The notes: a model not told the origin generated them from the letters alone. A stretch of DNA of 64,000 bases from Candidatus Zixiibacteriota bacterium (GCA_035687145.1 DASRYM010000044.1:31821-95820), one strand, 5' to 3'; positions 48,445 through 58,735 are shown, counted from the stretch's first letter. Numbers and translations: made by a program.

Positions 48445-50745
48445 TCAGTTGTTCAGATTGACCTGCATGAAGCCACCCTGGGCAGAGACGCTCACCACCC
48501 GCAGCGTGACGCCGTATCCGGGAAGGTCCACGCTGCTCCACTCCGACTGGTACCGGCCGTTGCCCGGCGCGTCGCCGGGGTGGCCGTTCGTCCAGTAGCT
48601 GGCGGTGTCGTCGAAGACCGGGTTGGCCGGCTTCGACGAGATGGTCTTCGGCACCCCGTTGTTGTGCAGGGTGATCGAGTCGGTCGGCCACAGGCCGAAG
48701 GTCGAGTCGTAGGACTGCAGCCGCGGCCGCATGACCGAGCCATCGGCCCAGGTCTCGATGGTGGGGTGAGCGTCAACCGGGAGGAGGAGCCCCTCGCCCG
48801 GGTGGTCACCCACGTTGTTGTCGGTGTACTGCGTGTTCCAGTACCAGACCAGCATGCCGTCCTGGTACGGGAAGAACTCGACGAGATTCTGCTTGTTCGG
48901 GTCGTTCAGCCAGCCGAAGTTGTACGGCGAGACCTCAAGGGCCTTGTCGTAGCCGCGGTACTGGCGGAACTCGGCCAGGTAGTAGTGGTTGAAGGTCTGG
49001 GTCTCCTGACCGTCGGTCACCTTGAACCCGTCGAAGGTCCAGCCACCTTCCGCCTCGGCGCCGTCGAGCGGCTGACCGGGGATCTGGATGGCATCCACCA
49101 TGAAGCCGACCGGATTCACGAACGGGTCGGTCCAGTACCGGAAGCCGATGGTGACCGTCTGCCCGGCGAACGCGGACAGGTCCGCGGTCAGGTCGACCCA
49201 GTTGCCACCGGTGCTCCCGGTGATCCCGTGTCCGAAGTTCTGACCGTTGGGATTGGTGTCCGTGGACAGGTTGGTCTCGATCGGCTCACCGTTGACCGTG
49301 ACGTAGGCGTAGTCCCAGTCGGTCTCAATGTCGTAGCGGACCTTGGCCGTCAGGCTGCCCGCCGGATCGGGCAGGGTAACCTCCCTGGTCATGGTGTTGT
49401 CCAGGTCTGGACCGAAATCGCTCCAATAGTAGTGCGTGCCCTCCGCGGCCGGACCGAGGTCCAGCGGTGCATCGTACGGCGGCAGGATGACGAACAGGCC
49501 CTGGGCCTGCTTGGTGTTCGTCTCTGCGGGCCCGAGCCTGAAGCTGCCCTTCTGGTTGTACAGGGCAGCCTCGTAGTTCAGCCAGCCGAGCTGAAACTTC
49601 TCCCAAGCGCTGAAGTGCATGGGCGCAGAACCGATGTCCACGCCGCTCTGCGAGCCGTAGGAGCCCTGCGACATGATCGTCCACCAGGCGGTGCTGTTCT
49701 CCGCGCCACCCGTGTTGCCGCTGGTGTCGTACAGGTCCGGGAGGCCGGAATCATGCGCGAACTCGTGGGCGAAGACGCCGACGCCGCCGTTCTCCGGCTC
49801 CACGGTGTAGTCGCCGATCCAGTAGTCGCTGTTCCCGATGCGCAGGCCGCCGAAGTCATGTGGGCCGGCGCCGTCGGGCCCGGCGGCGTTGAACCACGCG
49901 TACCAGCGGTGGCTCCAGATGGCATCTTCGCCCTGGGCGCCGCCACCGGTCTCCTCGCCCTCGCCGGCGTGGACCGACTGGAAGTGATCGATGTAGCCGT
50001 CCGGCTCGTCGAAGTTGCCGTCACCGTCGAGGTCGTAGCGATCCCAGACGTCGAAGGTGGCCAGGAAGGCGTTCGCGGCCGCCGCGCTGCCCTGCTCGGC
50101 GACCAGGGCCGCCCACCAGGCGTCGGCCTGGTGGTTCACGAAGTCCCAGACGGTCGAGCAGACGATGCCACCACAGATGTTGGTGCCGTATCGAGCCTCG
50201 TTGTATGGGACCTGGACCCAGTCGGAAACGTAGCCATCCACCGAGTAGCGCCCCGATGACTGCTCCAGGTAGAAGTTGGCCATCGAGGGGAACGTGTCCT
50301 TCGAGTACAGGAGCTCCTCGTAGTGCGCCCGGTTGAAGTCCTCCACCCAGATGGTCGTGTTGTCCACGGTCCGGTCCGGCTCCGGGATCTGGTTGTGCAC
50401 GGGGCCCGGGTCCCCACCGGTGACCGGGTGGATCTGCGTTCCGAAGTCGGCGAGAAGGGTCAGGATCTGGTCCTCGCCCTCGAGCGCCAGCTCCACGAAC
50501 TGTCCCTTCGCGACCTCGACGACCTTGTTCTTGCCCTTCGGCTTCGCCTTGCCGGTGAGGACCATCTCACGGGCCTTCTGCTTCGCAGCGGCCTGGCGCT
50601 TTCCCAGTGGATGCTCGAGGTTGTCGCTCTTCGGCCCGTGGGCCTTGTCCGCCTTCCCCTCGGGCGGTGCGGCCGCCACCTGGACGGTCGTGCTGAGCAC
50701 CAGGATGAGGACGCTCAGCAGGGTGATCAGCCTTCGCAAGCTCAT
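48445..50745 (-). CDS. secreted M6-family metalloprotease (immune inhibitor A-like)
   Basis: The signal peptide is MSLRRLITLLSVLILV. The zinc site is FAHEFAHDSGLPDLYD. The C-terminal domains are InhA-like. Confidence 0.85.
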   Translation of the reverse strand: MSLRRLITLLSVLILVLSTTVQVAAAPPEGKADKAHGPKSDNLEHPLGKRQAAAKQKAREMVLTGKAKPKGKNKVVEVAKGQFVELALEGEDQILTLLADFGTQIHPVTGGDPGPVHNQIPEPDRTVDNTTIWVEDFNRAHYEELLYSKDTFPSMANFYLEQSSGRYSVDGYVSDWVQVPYNEARYGTNICGGIVCSTVWDFVNHQADAWWAALVAEQGSAAAANAFLATFDVWDRYDLDGDGNFDEPDGYIDHFQSVHAGEGEETGGGAQGEDAIWSHRWYAWFNAAGPDGAGPHDFGGLRIGNSDYWIGDYTVEPENGGVGVFAHEFAHDSGLPDLYDTSGNTGGAENSTAWWTIMSQGSYGSQSGVDIGSAPMHFSAWEKFQLGWLNYEAALYNQKGSFRLGPAETNTKQAQGLFVILPPYDAPLDLGPAAEGTHYYWSDFGPDLDNTMTREVTLPDPAGSLTAKVRYDIETDWDYAYVTVNGEPIETNLSTDTNPNGQNFGHGITGSTGGNWVDLTADLSAFAGQTVTIGFRYWTDPFVNPVGFMVDAIQIPGQPLDGAEAEGGWTFDGFKVTDGQETQTFNHYYLAEFRQYRGYDKALEVSPYNFGWLNDPNKQNLVEFFPYQDGMLVWYWNTQYTDNNVGDHPGEGLLLPVDAHPTIETWADGSVMRPRLQSYDSTFGLWPTDSITLHNNGVPKTISSKPANPVFDDTASYWTNGHPGDAPGNGRYQSEWSSVDLPGYGVTLRVVSVSAQGGFMQVNLNN

Positions 50746-51031
50746 GCCTCCAATGCTGGTGGGTCGGACATGCTCATCGATGCGAAACCAGCTCTCGCAC
50801 TCACCTCCCCTCGTCGCGATCGTGCAGCAAACGCGCGCGGGCGCACGTAGAGCTCGGGCAGTGGAAATCGGTGAACGGCACTCTAGCCCCCTCCACAGGG
50901 GCTCGCAACGGAATGCCGCACTTCGCGGTGCGCGCGCGCACACCAGGGCAGGGGCTCCTCGCGCGGCGCGGTGGGCGACCGCATCCCCTGCCGACGGAAA
51001 CGGCCTGGGCCCTGCGACCCTCGCGAGGAGC

Positions 51032-51063
51032 GGAAGGGCCCGCCGCCGCGGGCGGGCCCTTCC
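51032..51063 (-). terminator. GC-rich hairpin downstream of the second metalloprotease gene
   Basis: GGAAGGGCCCGCC-6 nt-GGCGGGCCCTTCC forms a 13-bp stem about 25 nt after the stop. Confidence 0.45.
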
Positions 51064-51087
51064 GGGGAGCTCTTCACGGCGAGGCGG

Positions 51088-53220
51088 CTACCGGTACGAG
51101 ATATCCACTTCGTATGGTGCGTAGTCGCTGATGCCCTGCGGCGCGTCGTACGTCACCACCAGCACCAGTTGGCTGGAGTTCCGAAGCGCCTGCCGGATCT
51201 GATCGGCGCTGGCCTGCTCGGTCGCGTCGTCCGTGATCAGGTGCAGGACCTTGAAGCTCGAGTTGCCGAAGCTGCCTGCCCTGGGCAGCGAGACCAGGTC
51301 GACGGTGAAGTTGACCTCGATCGGGGCGTAGAACGTGATGTCCTTGAAGTCGGACGCGTTCGAACCGTCGCTGACGGTGGTGCCGTCAACGGCGACGTTG
51401 TCCACGTAGAAGTTGGCCGGGCCGCCGGGGGTGTTCTCCTGGGTCGCCCAGTCGGACATGAACCGGAAGCCGACGAGGTCCGTTCCCGCCGGCAGGCTGA
51501 AGCTTTCGGTGGTCCAGCCGGCGGTCTCGCCGGTGAAGCCCTCGCCACCCGCGTTCAGGACGTCCTTGATGGCCGGGTAGCCGGCAGGATCGATGTCGTC
51601 CCTGGTGTTGGCGTTGGTCAGCGCCTGCCAGGTCGCCCCGTTGTCGGTCGAGGCCATCACGAAGCCGAAGTCCCAGTGCTCCTCAAGGTCATACAGGGTG
51701 TCGAAGGTGAGCGTGCTTCCACCGTCGGTCTCGAAGATCGCCCAGCGATCCTGCTCGTCCCCAACGCCGGACCACAGGACCTGGCCGTTGGTCTCGAGCG
51801 GGTCGTCGACCGAGGTCCAGGCCGTGTCCCGGGAGATCAGGTCGACTCCGTTGAACGAAATGCTGGAGACCTTCTTCGGGTTCTCGATGGCCAGGTAGTC
51901 ACTGCCCCAGGGCGGAGCGCCGGGGGTGTTGAAGGCCTCGTCGTTGAGCACCACGGGCGACGGGATGTCCGGGATCCGATAGCTCCCCGTGTTGGCGAGG
52001 ACCAGCCGTGCGACGGCGTAGTCGTGGTACAGGTCGGCGAAGTCCTGCCCGATCCCGAGCGAGTCGAGCGCGGCATCCACTCCGGCCATGCCGAAGCCCT
52101 GGTTCTCGAAGATCGCGTTGAGCACCGATGGCCCGTACAGGCCGTACAGGTAGTGGAAGAACATGAAGGCCTGACCGTAGTCGGCAAGGATCTCCGTGCT
52201 CTGACCCTGGTCGCCCCAGATCACCAGGCTGTTCTCGGCGAACTCCTGCGCCGTGTCCCAGTGTCCGTCGGGGAGGCCGTAGCCGACCAGGAACTCGGTC
52301 CAGTCGGAGAGCCCCTCGTTCACCCACGACTCCTCGCCGGGGTTCTGGTCGGCGTGGAGCAGGTGCTGGTACTCGTGGGCGAAGGTGCCCTCGTAGAGGT
52401 TCGGGCGGTCGTTCTGGGGACCGTCGTTCGGCCGCCACGGCGAGTCATTGGGACCCACCCGGTTGCCCCAGTCGTAAGCATCGATGGTGATGACGTTGCG
52501 ATCCAGCAAGCCGTTGATCTGGCTGCTGAAGAACCCGGCGATATAGACCGGGAACGTCGGATCGAAGTAGTTCTCGTCCCGGACATTGCTGACCATTGCG
52601 ATCACCCGGTCCTGCCCGTCGTTTGAGACGTAGGCGTCGTCCGGGACCGGCAGGCTGAATGATGCGCGCAGGATGTCATCCAGCACGGCGTTCTGGCCGG
52701 TCCGGGTCTGCGGGGTGCGCCAGAACTCGGAGGTCTTGGGGTAGATGTTCGTGTCGAACTCGTTGACCAGGTACGCGATCTGCTCGTCGGTGACGACCAC
52801 GTCATTGCGCGGATCGCCGGCCGGGAAGTTGAGGTTGTTCTGAACCCAGACCTCGATGTGCTGTCCGATGGCGCGGACGGTGAAGCTGGTGATGCCGAAC
52901 TGGCCGGTCACCTCGTTGAGGACGAGGGAGAAGACCTGGTCGCCAACCTCGTAGTCCGCGGACCCACCCGATCCCGATGCCGCTTGGCGTGCGTCCTCCG
53001 GCAGCGAGCTGCTGATCCTCGAGGGATCCAGCGTGGGGTTGTTCACCCACGCGGGGGCCGGTACCGGCTGGTAGTTGGGAAGCGGCTTGGCGGCCGCCAC
53101 ACTGGCCGGCAGAGCGAGACCGAGCGTCATCGCCAGCCCGACCAGCAGTGTGGTCCCACGCCTTCGCGAAACGGACAACTGAACCCCTCCTTGACTTGGC
53201 GGCCTTCCTCCCAGCCGCAT
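51088..53220 (-). CDS. secreted zinc metalloprotease, InhA-like architecture with gluzincin motif
   Basis: A signal peptide is present. The zinc site is HEYQHLLH followed by WVNEGLSDW (HExxH plus NExxSD). It shares the E.HWDFGFV..S.DNG.TW domain with the neighbouring M6 protease. Confidence 0.8.
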   Translation of the reverse strand: MRLGGRPPSQGGVQLSVSRRRGTTLLVGLAMTLGLALPASVAAAKPLPNYQPVPAPAWVNNPTLDPSRISSSLPEDARQAASGSGGSADYEVGDQVFSLVLNEVTGQFGITSFTVRAIGQHIEVWVQNNLNFPAGDPRNDVVVTDEQIAYLVNEFDTNIYPKTSEFWRTPQTRTGQNAVLDDILRASFSLPVPDDAYVSNDGQDRVIAMVSNVRDENYFDPTFPVYIAGFFSSQINGLLDRNVITIDAYDWGNRVGPNDSPWRPNDGPQNDRPNLYEGTFAHEYQHLLHADQNPGEESWVNEGLSDWTEFLVGYGLPDGHWDTAQEFAENSLVIWGDQGQSTEILADYGQAFMFFHYLYGLYGPSVLNAIFENQGFGMAGVDAALDSLGIGQDFADLYHDYAVARLVLANTGSYRIPDIPSPVVLNDEAFNTPGAPPWGSDYLAIENPKKVSSISFNGVDLISRDTAWTSVDDPLETNGQVLWSGVGDEQDRWAIFETDGGSTLTFDTLYDLEEHWDFGFVMASTDNGATWQALTNANTRDDIDPAGYPAIKDVLNAGGEGFTGETAGWTTESFSLPAGTDLVGFRFMSDWATQENTPGGPANFYVDNVAVDGTTVSDGSNASDFKDITFYAPIEVNFTVDLVSLPRAGSFGNSSFKVLHLITDDATEQASADQIRQALRNSSQLVLVVTYDAPQGISDYAPYEVDISYR

Positions 53221-53394
53221 GCTGATGGCTCGCGGGAACGGCAGAGCCGACCCGCGGGTGCTCGGGAAGCAGTCGGGACAGGCGACGGCTCCTATTGTTT
53301 ACACCACGCCGGGCAGGCCGCGCACGCGCAGCTCGATCGTTCCGGTGCCACTCGTCAACGTGCAGCCCGGAGTCCGGCGTGGCACCCTTGTGGG

Positions 53395-53940
53395 ATGTCC
53401 CCGAACAGGCGATCGAGGGTGCAGGTTGCGGCCGGTTCCCTGGTCGCGCTCACCCTGGCGCTCGGCGGTTGCTCCCTGCTGGAGGAGCTCGGTACACGGG
53501 GCGGCCCGCAGCCGGAGCCGAGCACGCGCACGGACCCCGCGGCAACCGCTGATGTCCTGCCCATCGGGTCACAGAAGCCGATCCCCTCTCCGGCCACGGG
53601 CACGACCGCGGGCCCGGTTGCCAGCGACCCGATCCCGCTTCCGGATGCACCGGGAGGGATCGCCCACAAGCCCGGGGAGCGAGTGGAGATGCCCGGCGGG
53701 ACGGTCGTCTTCCTGGGCCTGCAGCAGAGCAGCAACGGGGTGGTGGCGCGCTTCGAGGTCACCGGCGAGATCGCCAACCCGCGCCTGGTTCTGCCGGATG
53801 GGCAGATCGTCTCGCTCACCCAACGAGGCGAGGTGCTCGAGTCGGGCGCGCTGACGAATCCGCCGGCTCCCGGCTCGGAGCTCGCGCTCGTGGTCGGCGC
53901 GACCCTGGTCGTCTTCGAGACCGCCGGCGTCACCGGCTGA
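53395..53940 (+). CDS. hypothetical lipoprotein
   Basis: The lipobox is LALGGC. A Pro/Thr-rich linker is followed by a ~100-aa beta-rich domain. Confidence 0.6.
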   Translation: MSPNRRSRVQVAAGSLVALTLALGGCSLLEELGTRGGPQPEPSTRTDPAATADVLPIGSQKPIPSPATGTTAGPVASDPIPLPDAPGGIAHKPGERVEMPGGTVVFLGLQQSSNGVVARFEVTGEIANPRLVLPDGQIVSLTQRGEVLESGALTNPPAPGSELALVVGATLVVFETAGVTG

Positions 53941-54034
53941 AGCGATCCGCCGGCTGCAGTGCCCACAGGCGTTGTTGACAGCCGCGAGCCTCTGCGCAGA
54001 GTGGGTGTTGGAAACCGACACCGCGGAGGGGCGC

Positions 54035-54979
54035 TCATGCCCGGTCCAGGCCACGCCCCAACGTCTCTTGGGCGGCACCGCCTTCCTCCCACCGCCCGAT
54101 GAGGCGCACGGCCGCTGGCCTCACCTCGACGTGCCACTCCGGGCGGGCGCCCAGCACGTCCCCGTCCGTTTCCAGCGGCAGCGCGTCCCCCGATGAGGAG
54201 CGCACGCGGATCCGCGTGGCGCGCACCGGCTCCACCGACGGACGTCGGTGGGCCGCCCAGCGCAGGGCGTCCACCGCGAAGCGGGCCGGTGACGGCGGGT
54301 AGATGCGGGCGGTGAGCCGGCCGGCGTCCGGGCGCGCGCCGGGGTTCACCAGCAGGCCCCTGCCCCACCAGGGTGTTGTTCCGACGACCAGCAGCTCCAT
54401 CGGTCCGTCATGGACGAGCGTTCCGTCGGCCTCCACCTGGACCGATGGTGCCCGCGCCAGGTCGGGCAGCGACCGAGCGATGGCCCACGCCCACCCGGGC
54501 AGCCCGTGCGCGCCGGCCTGCGCGTAGCGCCCCGCCACGATCGCGTCCCAGCCCACCCCGGCGAAGAGCGCCAGGCGGCCGTTCACCGCCAGCAGGTCGA
54601 CCGGCCGCGTCTCGGCGCGGGCCAGCACCGCGACCAGGGCCTCGGGGGACCGGGGCAGGCGCAGGAGGCTGGCGGTGGCATTGCCGGTGCCGGCGGGGAT
54701 GTAGCCCAACACCGTGTCGCGCCCGGCCACCCCGTTGCAGGCCACCGCCAGCGAGCCGTCGCCGCCGGCCACGACCAGCGTGCGGTAGCGCTCGACGTGC
54801 CCCGACAGCCAGGCTGCGAGCTCGTCCGGGTCGCGGGTGGCGGTGGTCAGCACGTCGGCGTCGAGCGCGCGGCGAGCCAGCTCGACCGCGCGGCGCACGC
54901 GTGGCGTGGACGCGGAACCGGCGCGCTCGTTGACGATGATCGCCGCAGGGCGCGGCGGCTGACCCCGGGGATCGGTCAC
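54035..54979 (-). CDS. diacylglycerol/lipid kinase family protein (YegS/DagK-like)
   Basis: Motifs are IIVNERAGS, VVAGGDGSL and GYIPAGTGN. Confidence 0.85.
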   Translation of the reverse strand: MTDPRGQPPRPAAIIVNERAGSASTPRVRRAVELARRALDADVLTTATRDPDELAAWLSGHVERYRTLVVAGGDGSLAVACNGVAGRDTVLGYIPAGTGNATASLLRLPRSPEALVAVLARAETRPVDLLAVNGRLALFAGVGWDAIVAGRYAQAGAHGLPGWAWAIARSLPDLARAPSVQVEADGTLVHDGPMELLVVGTTPWWGRGLLVNPGARPDAGRLTARIYPPSPARFAVDALRWAAHRRPSVEPVRATRIRVRSSSGDALPLETDGDVLGARPEWHVEVRPAAVRLIGRWEEGGAAQETLGRGLDRA

Positions 54980-55057
54980 CCCGCGACTCTACCCGCAGAC
55001 CGCCGGGCTGCGACCGGATACGGGCGCGAACCCGCGAGGGCGCACGGCCAGGGCCGG

Positions 55058-55720
55058 CTAGGGCAGCGTCTGGAGAGTCTCGGCGGCCAGCTCCGCGGAG
55101 GTGGCCGTGACCAGGAACAGCGTGTCGCCGCGTGAGTAGAGGTGGACGACCTGGCCGCCCTGCAGCGGGTCCTCGGCGCGCTCCACCTCCTTGCCGCCGA
55201 CGGTGACCGTCTCCCAGGCGAGCGGATCCTCGCGGTCGGTGTCACTGGCCGCCTTGAACTCGCGGACCAGCGCCTCCTGGTCGGCCCCCTCGGCGCGGAA
55301 GACGAGCAGGCCCACGCCCGAGCCGTCCTGCTGGTTCAGGCCGAATCCGACGGCCACCGATACGTCGCTCGGCTCCACGCCGACGGCCTCCAGGAACCGG
55401 AGGGTCAGCTCATCGGCCTGCTGCGAGCCCACGAAGTCCTCGCCGCGCTGCGACTGCTTCTCCATCGGGATGCCGCCGATCTCGTCCGGGATGAGCTCCT
55501 CCAGCTCCGGGACGGCCGCCGCGACCGACGCACCGGCCGACCCAGCCGGCTCGGGCGACGGCGTCGCGGCAACGGACGACGGCTCGGCCCGGGACGGCTT
55601 GGCCGATGGAGAGGCGGAGTCGCCGCAGCCGGCCAGGACCAGCGCCGCGGTCAGCGCGGGCGCCAGGACGGTGAGCGCCGCGCGGCGCGGTCGGATCGGG
55701 AGCCATGGGTGGTGAGTCAT
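55058..55720 (-). CDS. hypothetical lipoprotein
   Basis: The lipobox is LVLAGC. The mature domain resembles the extracytoplasmic domain of the upstream membrane protein. Confidence 0.6.
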   Translation of the reverse strand: MTHHPWLPIRPRRAALTVLAPALTAALVLAGCGDSASPSAKPSRAEPSSVAATPSPEPAGSAGASVAAAVPELEELIPDEIGGIPMEKQSQRGEDFVGSQQADELTLRFLEAVGVEPSDVSVAVGFGLNQQDGSGVGLLVFRAEGADQEALVREFKAASDTDREDPLAWETVTVGGKEVERAEDPLQGGQVVHLYSRGDTLFLVTATSAELAAETLQTLP

Positions 55721-55802
55721 GTCGGGGTGGGTACCTCGGGTGCAGGGGGCTGAGATGGGAGGGACGCACGTGGCGTGCCGGGAGCGGCGAGCGGGAACGG
55801 AA

Positions 55803-57308
55803 TCAGGCGGCGGGAGCCGGCGCCGTCGGTTCGGTCGGCGGGGCCTTGCGATAGCGGAAGTATGCCCAGAACAGGACCGACACCGCTCCGAAGCCGACCG
55901 CCAGGATCACGACCTTGGACAGCGGCTGCAGGGTGGTGTCCACCAGGTAGCCGCTGGCGGGGTTGATCAGCACGTGCAGGAACCCGAAGACCGCAATGCC
56001 GAACAGCGCGGCCCAGGCCACCCGGCTCCAGCGCAGCAAGGCCTCGCCGGGCAGGAAGCGGACCGGGATGAGCCCGAACACGACGTCCTCGATGCCGCCC
56101 ATGATCACGGTCACCAGCGCCACCTCGGCCGGCAGCAGCCAGGTCGGGGTGGCCTCGCCGAACGGCGCGCGCAGCGCGCCGAGCGTCAGGAAGGCGACAA
56201 AGGCGAGGACCAGCGAGGTCCCTGCGCCGATGGCCGCCGCCACGCCCTCCTCCCGCTCGTCGAGGTCGCGGCTGAAGGCGAAGCCCAGCACCAGGCCGTA
56301 GAGGTAGCCGGGCTGGAAATCGGTGATGCGGGTGATGAGCACGCAGCCCAGGCCAACCAGCAGACCGCCGAGCCTGATCTCCAGCCGCCCAGGCTCGCCC
56401 AGCCGCCGGGCGGTGTAGGCGCGGACCGGCAGCTGGCCGATGATGGCCAGCACGCCGATGCCGGCCGCCAGGCCGATCACCGTCAACACCGATTCGAGGC
56501 TCAGCCCAAAGGACGGGTCCAGGAAGCCGTACATGACCGACGCGGCGAGGATGAAGGCGGTCACCCCGCGGTTGGTCGCGAAGAACGGCCCGATGCGGGC
56601 TCCGATTCCGACGCGGGCGGAGGTCGCGCCCCGCCCCAGCCTGCGGAACCAGCCGGTGATCTCGCCGTAGTTGGCGTCGAGGGTCGAGTTGAAGAGCGTG
56701 CCCGGGAAGGGCACCGCGAAGGCGACGCCCGCCGCGGCGGCGGCGCTGGTGGCCAGCACCACCGGATCGAGCGAGATCTGCTGCGGGCCCGGGACCGCGG
56801 CGGGCAGCGAGACGCCGCCGGCGGCGACCAGGCGGATGGCCCGCTCGGCGGCCTCCGGCGAGGCGGTCTGGACCAGGTAGAGGGTGTTGCCGGTGTACCA
56901 GTAGTAGGCGGACTCGGTGCCGGCGAGGTCGACCACCACCACCGTCCGCCCGGCCATCGTCTCGCGGGCCACCCCCCAGCCCAGAACCGCGAAGTCGCCC
57001 CGCTCGAGGGCGGCGATCATCTCCTCGCCGGTGGTGTCCGGAGCCGTGTAGGCCCACACCGTGATGCTGGCGCCTGACGGATCGATCCCCGAGCAGCCGT
57101 CGTAGTCCAGGAGCTCGGCGCTCGGGTTGACAGGGTTGACGCCGATCTCGTCGTCGAAGGTGGTTTCGTCCGGTCCGCACACGCCCGGGGGCACCAGCTC
57201 GGCGCCAGCCACCGTGGCCGCGCCCGTCAGCAGGATGGCGAGCAGCAGCGCCGCGCCCCCCACCATGCGCAGGCAGGCAGCCCGCCGGCTGCTCGGACGG
57301 GGCAGCAC
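55803..57308 (-). CDS. membrane protein: N-terminal extracytoplasmic domain plus polytopic C-terminal domain (FGLLP-motif-family-like)
   Basis: A signal/anchor helix and a ~170-aa soluble domain are followed by ~7 TM helices containing DFQPGYLYGLV. Confidence 0.6.
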   Translation of the reverse strand: MLPRPSSRRAACLRMVGGAALLLAILLTGAATVAGAELVPPGVCGPDETTFDDEIGVNPVNPSAELLDYDGCSGIDPSGASITVWAYTAPDTTGEEMIAALERGDFAVLGWGVARETMAGRTVVVVDLAGTESAYYWYTGNTLYLVQTASPEAAERAIRLVAAGGVSLPAAVPGPQQISLDPVVLATSAAAAAGVAFAVPFPGTLFNSTLDANYGEITGWFRRLGRGATSARVGIGARIGPFFATNRGVTAFILAASVMYGFLDPSFGLSLESVLTVIGLAAGIGVLAIIGQLPVRAYTARRLGEPGRLEIRLGGLLVGLGCVLITRITDFQPGYLYGLVLGFAFSRDLDEREEGVAAAIGAGTSLVLAFVAFLTLGALRAPFGEATPTWLLPAEVALVTVIMGGIEDVVFGLIPVRFLPGEALLRWSRVAWAALFGIAVFGFLHVLINPASGYLVDTTLQPLSKVVILAVGFGAVSVLFWAYFRYRKAPPTEPTAPAPAA

Positions 57309-57355
57309 GGCGGGAGTCTACCCGCGCGCCGCCGCGCCGGGAAGCGTCCTGCTGC

Positions 57356-58735
57356 CTACTGCAGGAAGCTGCTGCGCTGGCGACGCAGGAAGCGACCGCC
57401 TCCCTTCTCGCCGAGCCACTCGTCGCCGTCCACGATGATCCGGCCCCGGGACAGCACCACGTCCGCGCCGCCGGTCACCTCCCAGCCCTCGTAGCACGAG
57501 TAGTCGACGTCCATGTGGTGGGTGGAGGCACTGATGATGTGCGTGCGATTGGGGTCGTAGACCACGATGTCGGCGTCCAGGCCCACGGCGATGGAGCCCT
57601 TCTGGGGCAGGCCGAAGAGGCGCGCCGGGGCGGTGGAGATGAGCTCCACCCATCGGTTCGGGGTGATCCGGCCGCCGACCACGCCGCCGTGGTGCAGCAG
57701 GTCGACCCTGTTCTCGACGCCGGGCAGCCCGTTGGGCACCTTGCGGAAGTCGCCGCGCCCCAGCTCCTTCTGCCCGTGGAAGTCGAACGGGCAGTGATCG
57801 GTGGACACCACCTGCAGGTCGTCCTTGACCAGGCCCTGCCACAGGTCCTCCTGGTGGTCGGCCGGGCGCAGCGGCGGCGAGCACACGAACTTGGCGCCCT
57901 CGAAGCCGTTGCCCAGGTCCTCCAGCGAGAGGAAGAGGTACTGGGGGCAGGTCTCGGCGAAGACCGGCAAACCCTCGTCGCGGGCCCGGCGCACCTCGTT
58001 CAGGGCATGGCGTGCCGAGAGATGGACGATGTAGACCGGGGCGCCGGCCACCTCGGCCAGGCGGATGACCCGGTTGGTGGCCTCGCCCTCCATGATCGGC
58101 GAGCGCGAGGTGCCGTGGTAGTAGGGGTCCGTGTGTCCCGCCGCGAACTCCTGGCCGGCCACCACGTCGATGGCCAGGCCGTTCTCGGCGTGCATCATGA
58201 TCAGCCCGCCGTTCCTGGTCGACTGCTGCATGGCGCGGAAGATGGCGCCGTCATCGGAGAAGAAGACGCCGGGGTAGGCGGTGAACAGCTTGAAGGTCGT
58301 GACGCCCTCGTCGACCAGGGTATCCATCTCGGCCAGCACGTCGTCGCGCACGTCCGAGACGATCATGTGGAAGCCGTAGTCGATGCAGGCGTTGCCCTCC
58401 GCCTTCTCCATCCAGGCATCCAGGCCCTGGCGCAGGGACCCGCCGCGCGGCTGCACCGCGAAGTCGATGATGGTGGTCGTCCCGCCGAAGGCCGCGGCGC
58501 GCGTGCCGGTCTCGAAGGTGTCCTTGGCGAACGTCCCGCCGAAGGGCAGCTCCATGTGGGTGTGGACGTCGATGGCCCCGGGGATTACCCACTTGCCGGT
58601 GGCATCGATGGTGCGGTCCGCCTCCACGTCCAGCTCGGTACCGATCAGGGCGATCCGCTCCCCGTCGACCAGCACGTCGGCGGGAGTGGTGGCATCGGCG
58701 TTGACGATGACGCCGTTCTTGATCAGCGTGCGCAT
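57356..58735 (-). CDS. dihydropyrimidinase / D-hydantoinase
   Basis: Motifs are GAIDVHTHM (HxH metal site), TTFKLF (carboxylated Lys), HAENG and STDHCPF. Only the C-terminal ~459 aa of the 745-aa ORF are coding. Confidence 0.9.
   Translation of the reverse strand: MRTLIKNGVIVNADATTPADVLVDGERIALIGTELDVEADRTIDATGKWVIPGAIDVHTHMELPFGGTFAKDTFETGTRAAAFGGTTTIIDFAVQPRGGSLRQGLDAWMEKAEGNACIDYGFHMIVSDVRDDVLAEMDTLVDEGVTTFKLFTAYPGVFFSDDGAIFRAMQQSTRNGGLIMMHAENGLAIDVVAGQEFAAGHTDPYYHGTSRSPIMEGEATNRVIRLAEVAGAPVYIVHLSARHALNEVRRARDEGLPVFAETCPQYLFLSLEDLGNGFEGAKFVCSPPLRPADHQEDLWQGLVKDDLQVVSTDHCPFDFHGQKELGRGDFRKVPNGLPGVENRVDLLHHGGVVGGRITPNRWVELISTAPARLFGLPQKGSIAVGLDADIVVYDPNRTHIISASTHHMDVDYSCYEGWEVTGGADVVLSRGRIIVDGDEWLGEKGGGRFLRRQRSSFLQ

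Noticed and set aside
53971-53979. GTTGTTGAC, matching part of the IS481 inverted-repeat core, as a possible solo IS end.
   Set aside because: The match is only 9 nt, with no flanking similarity or CTAG.
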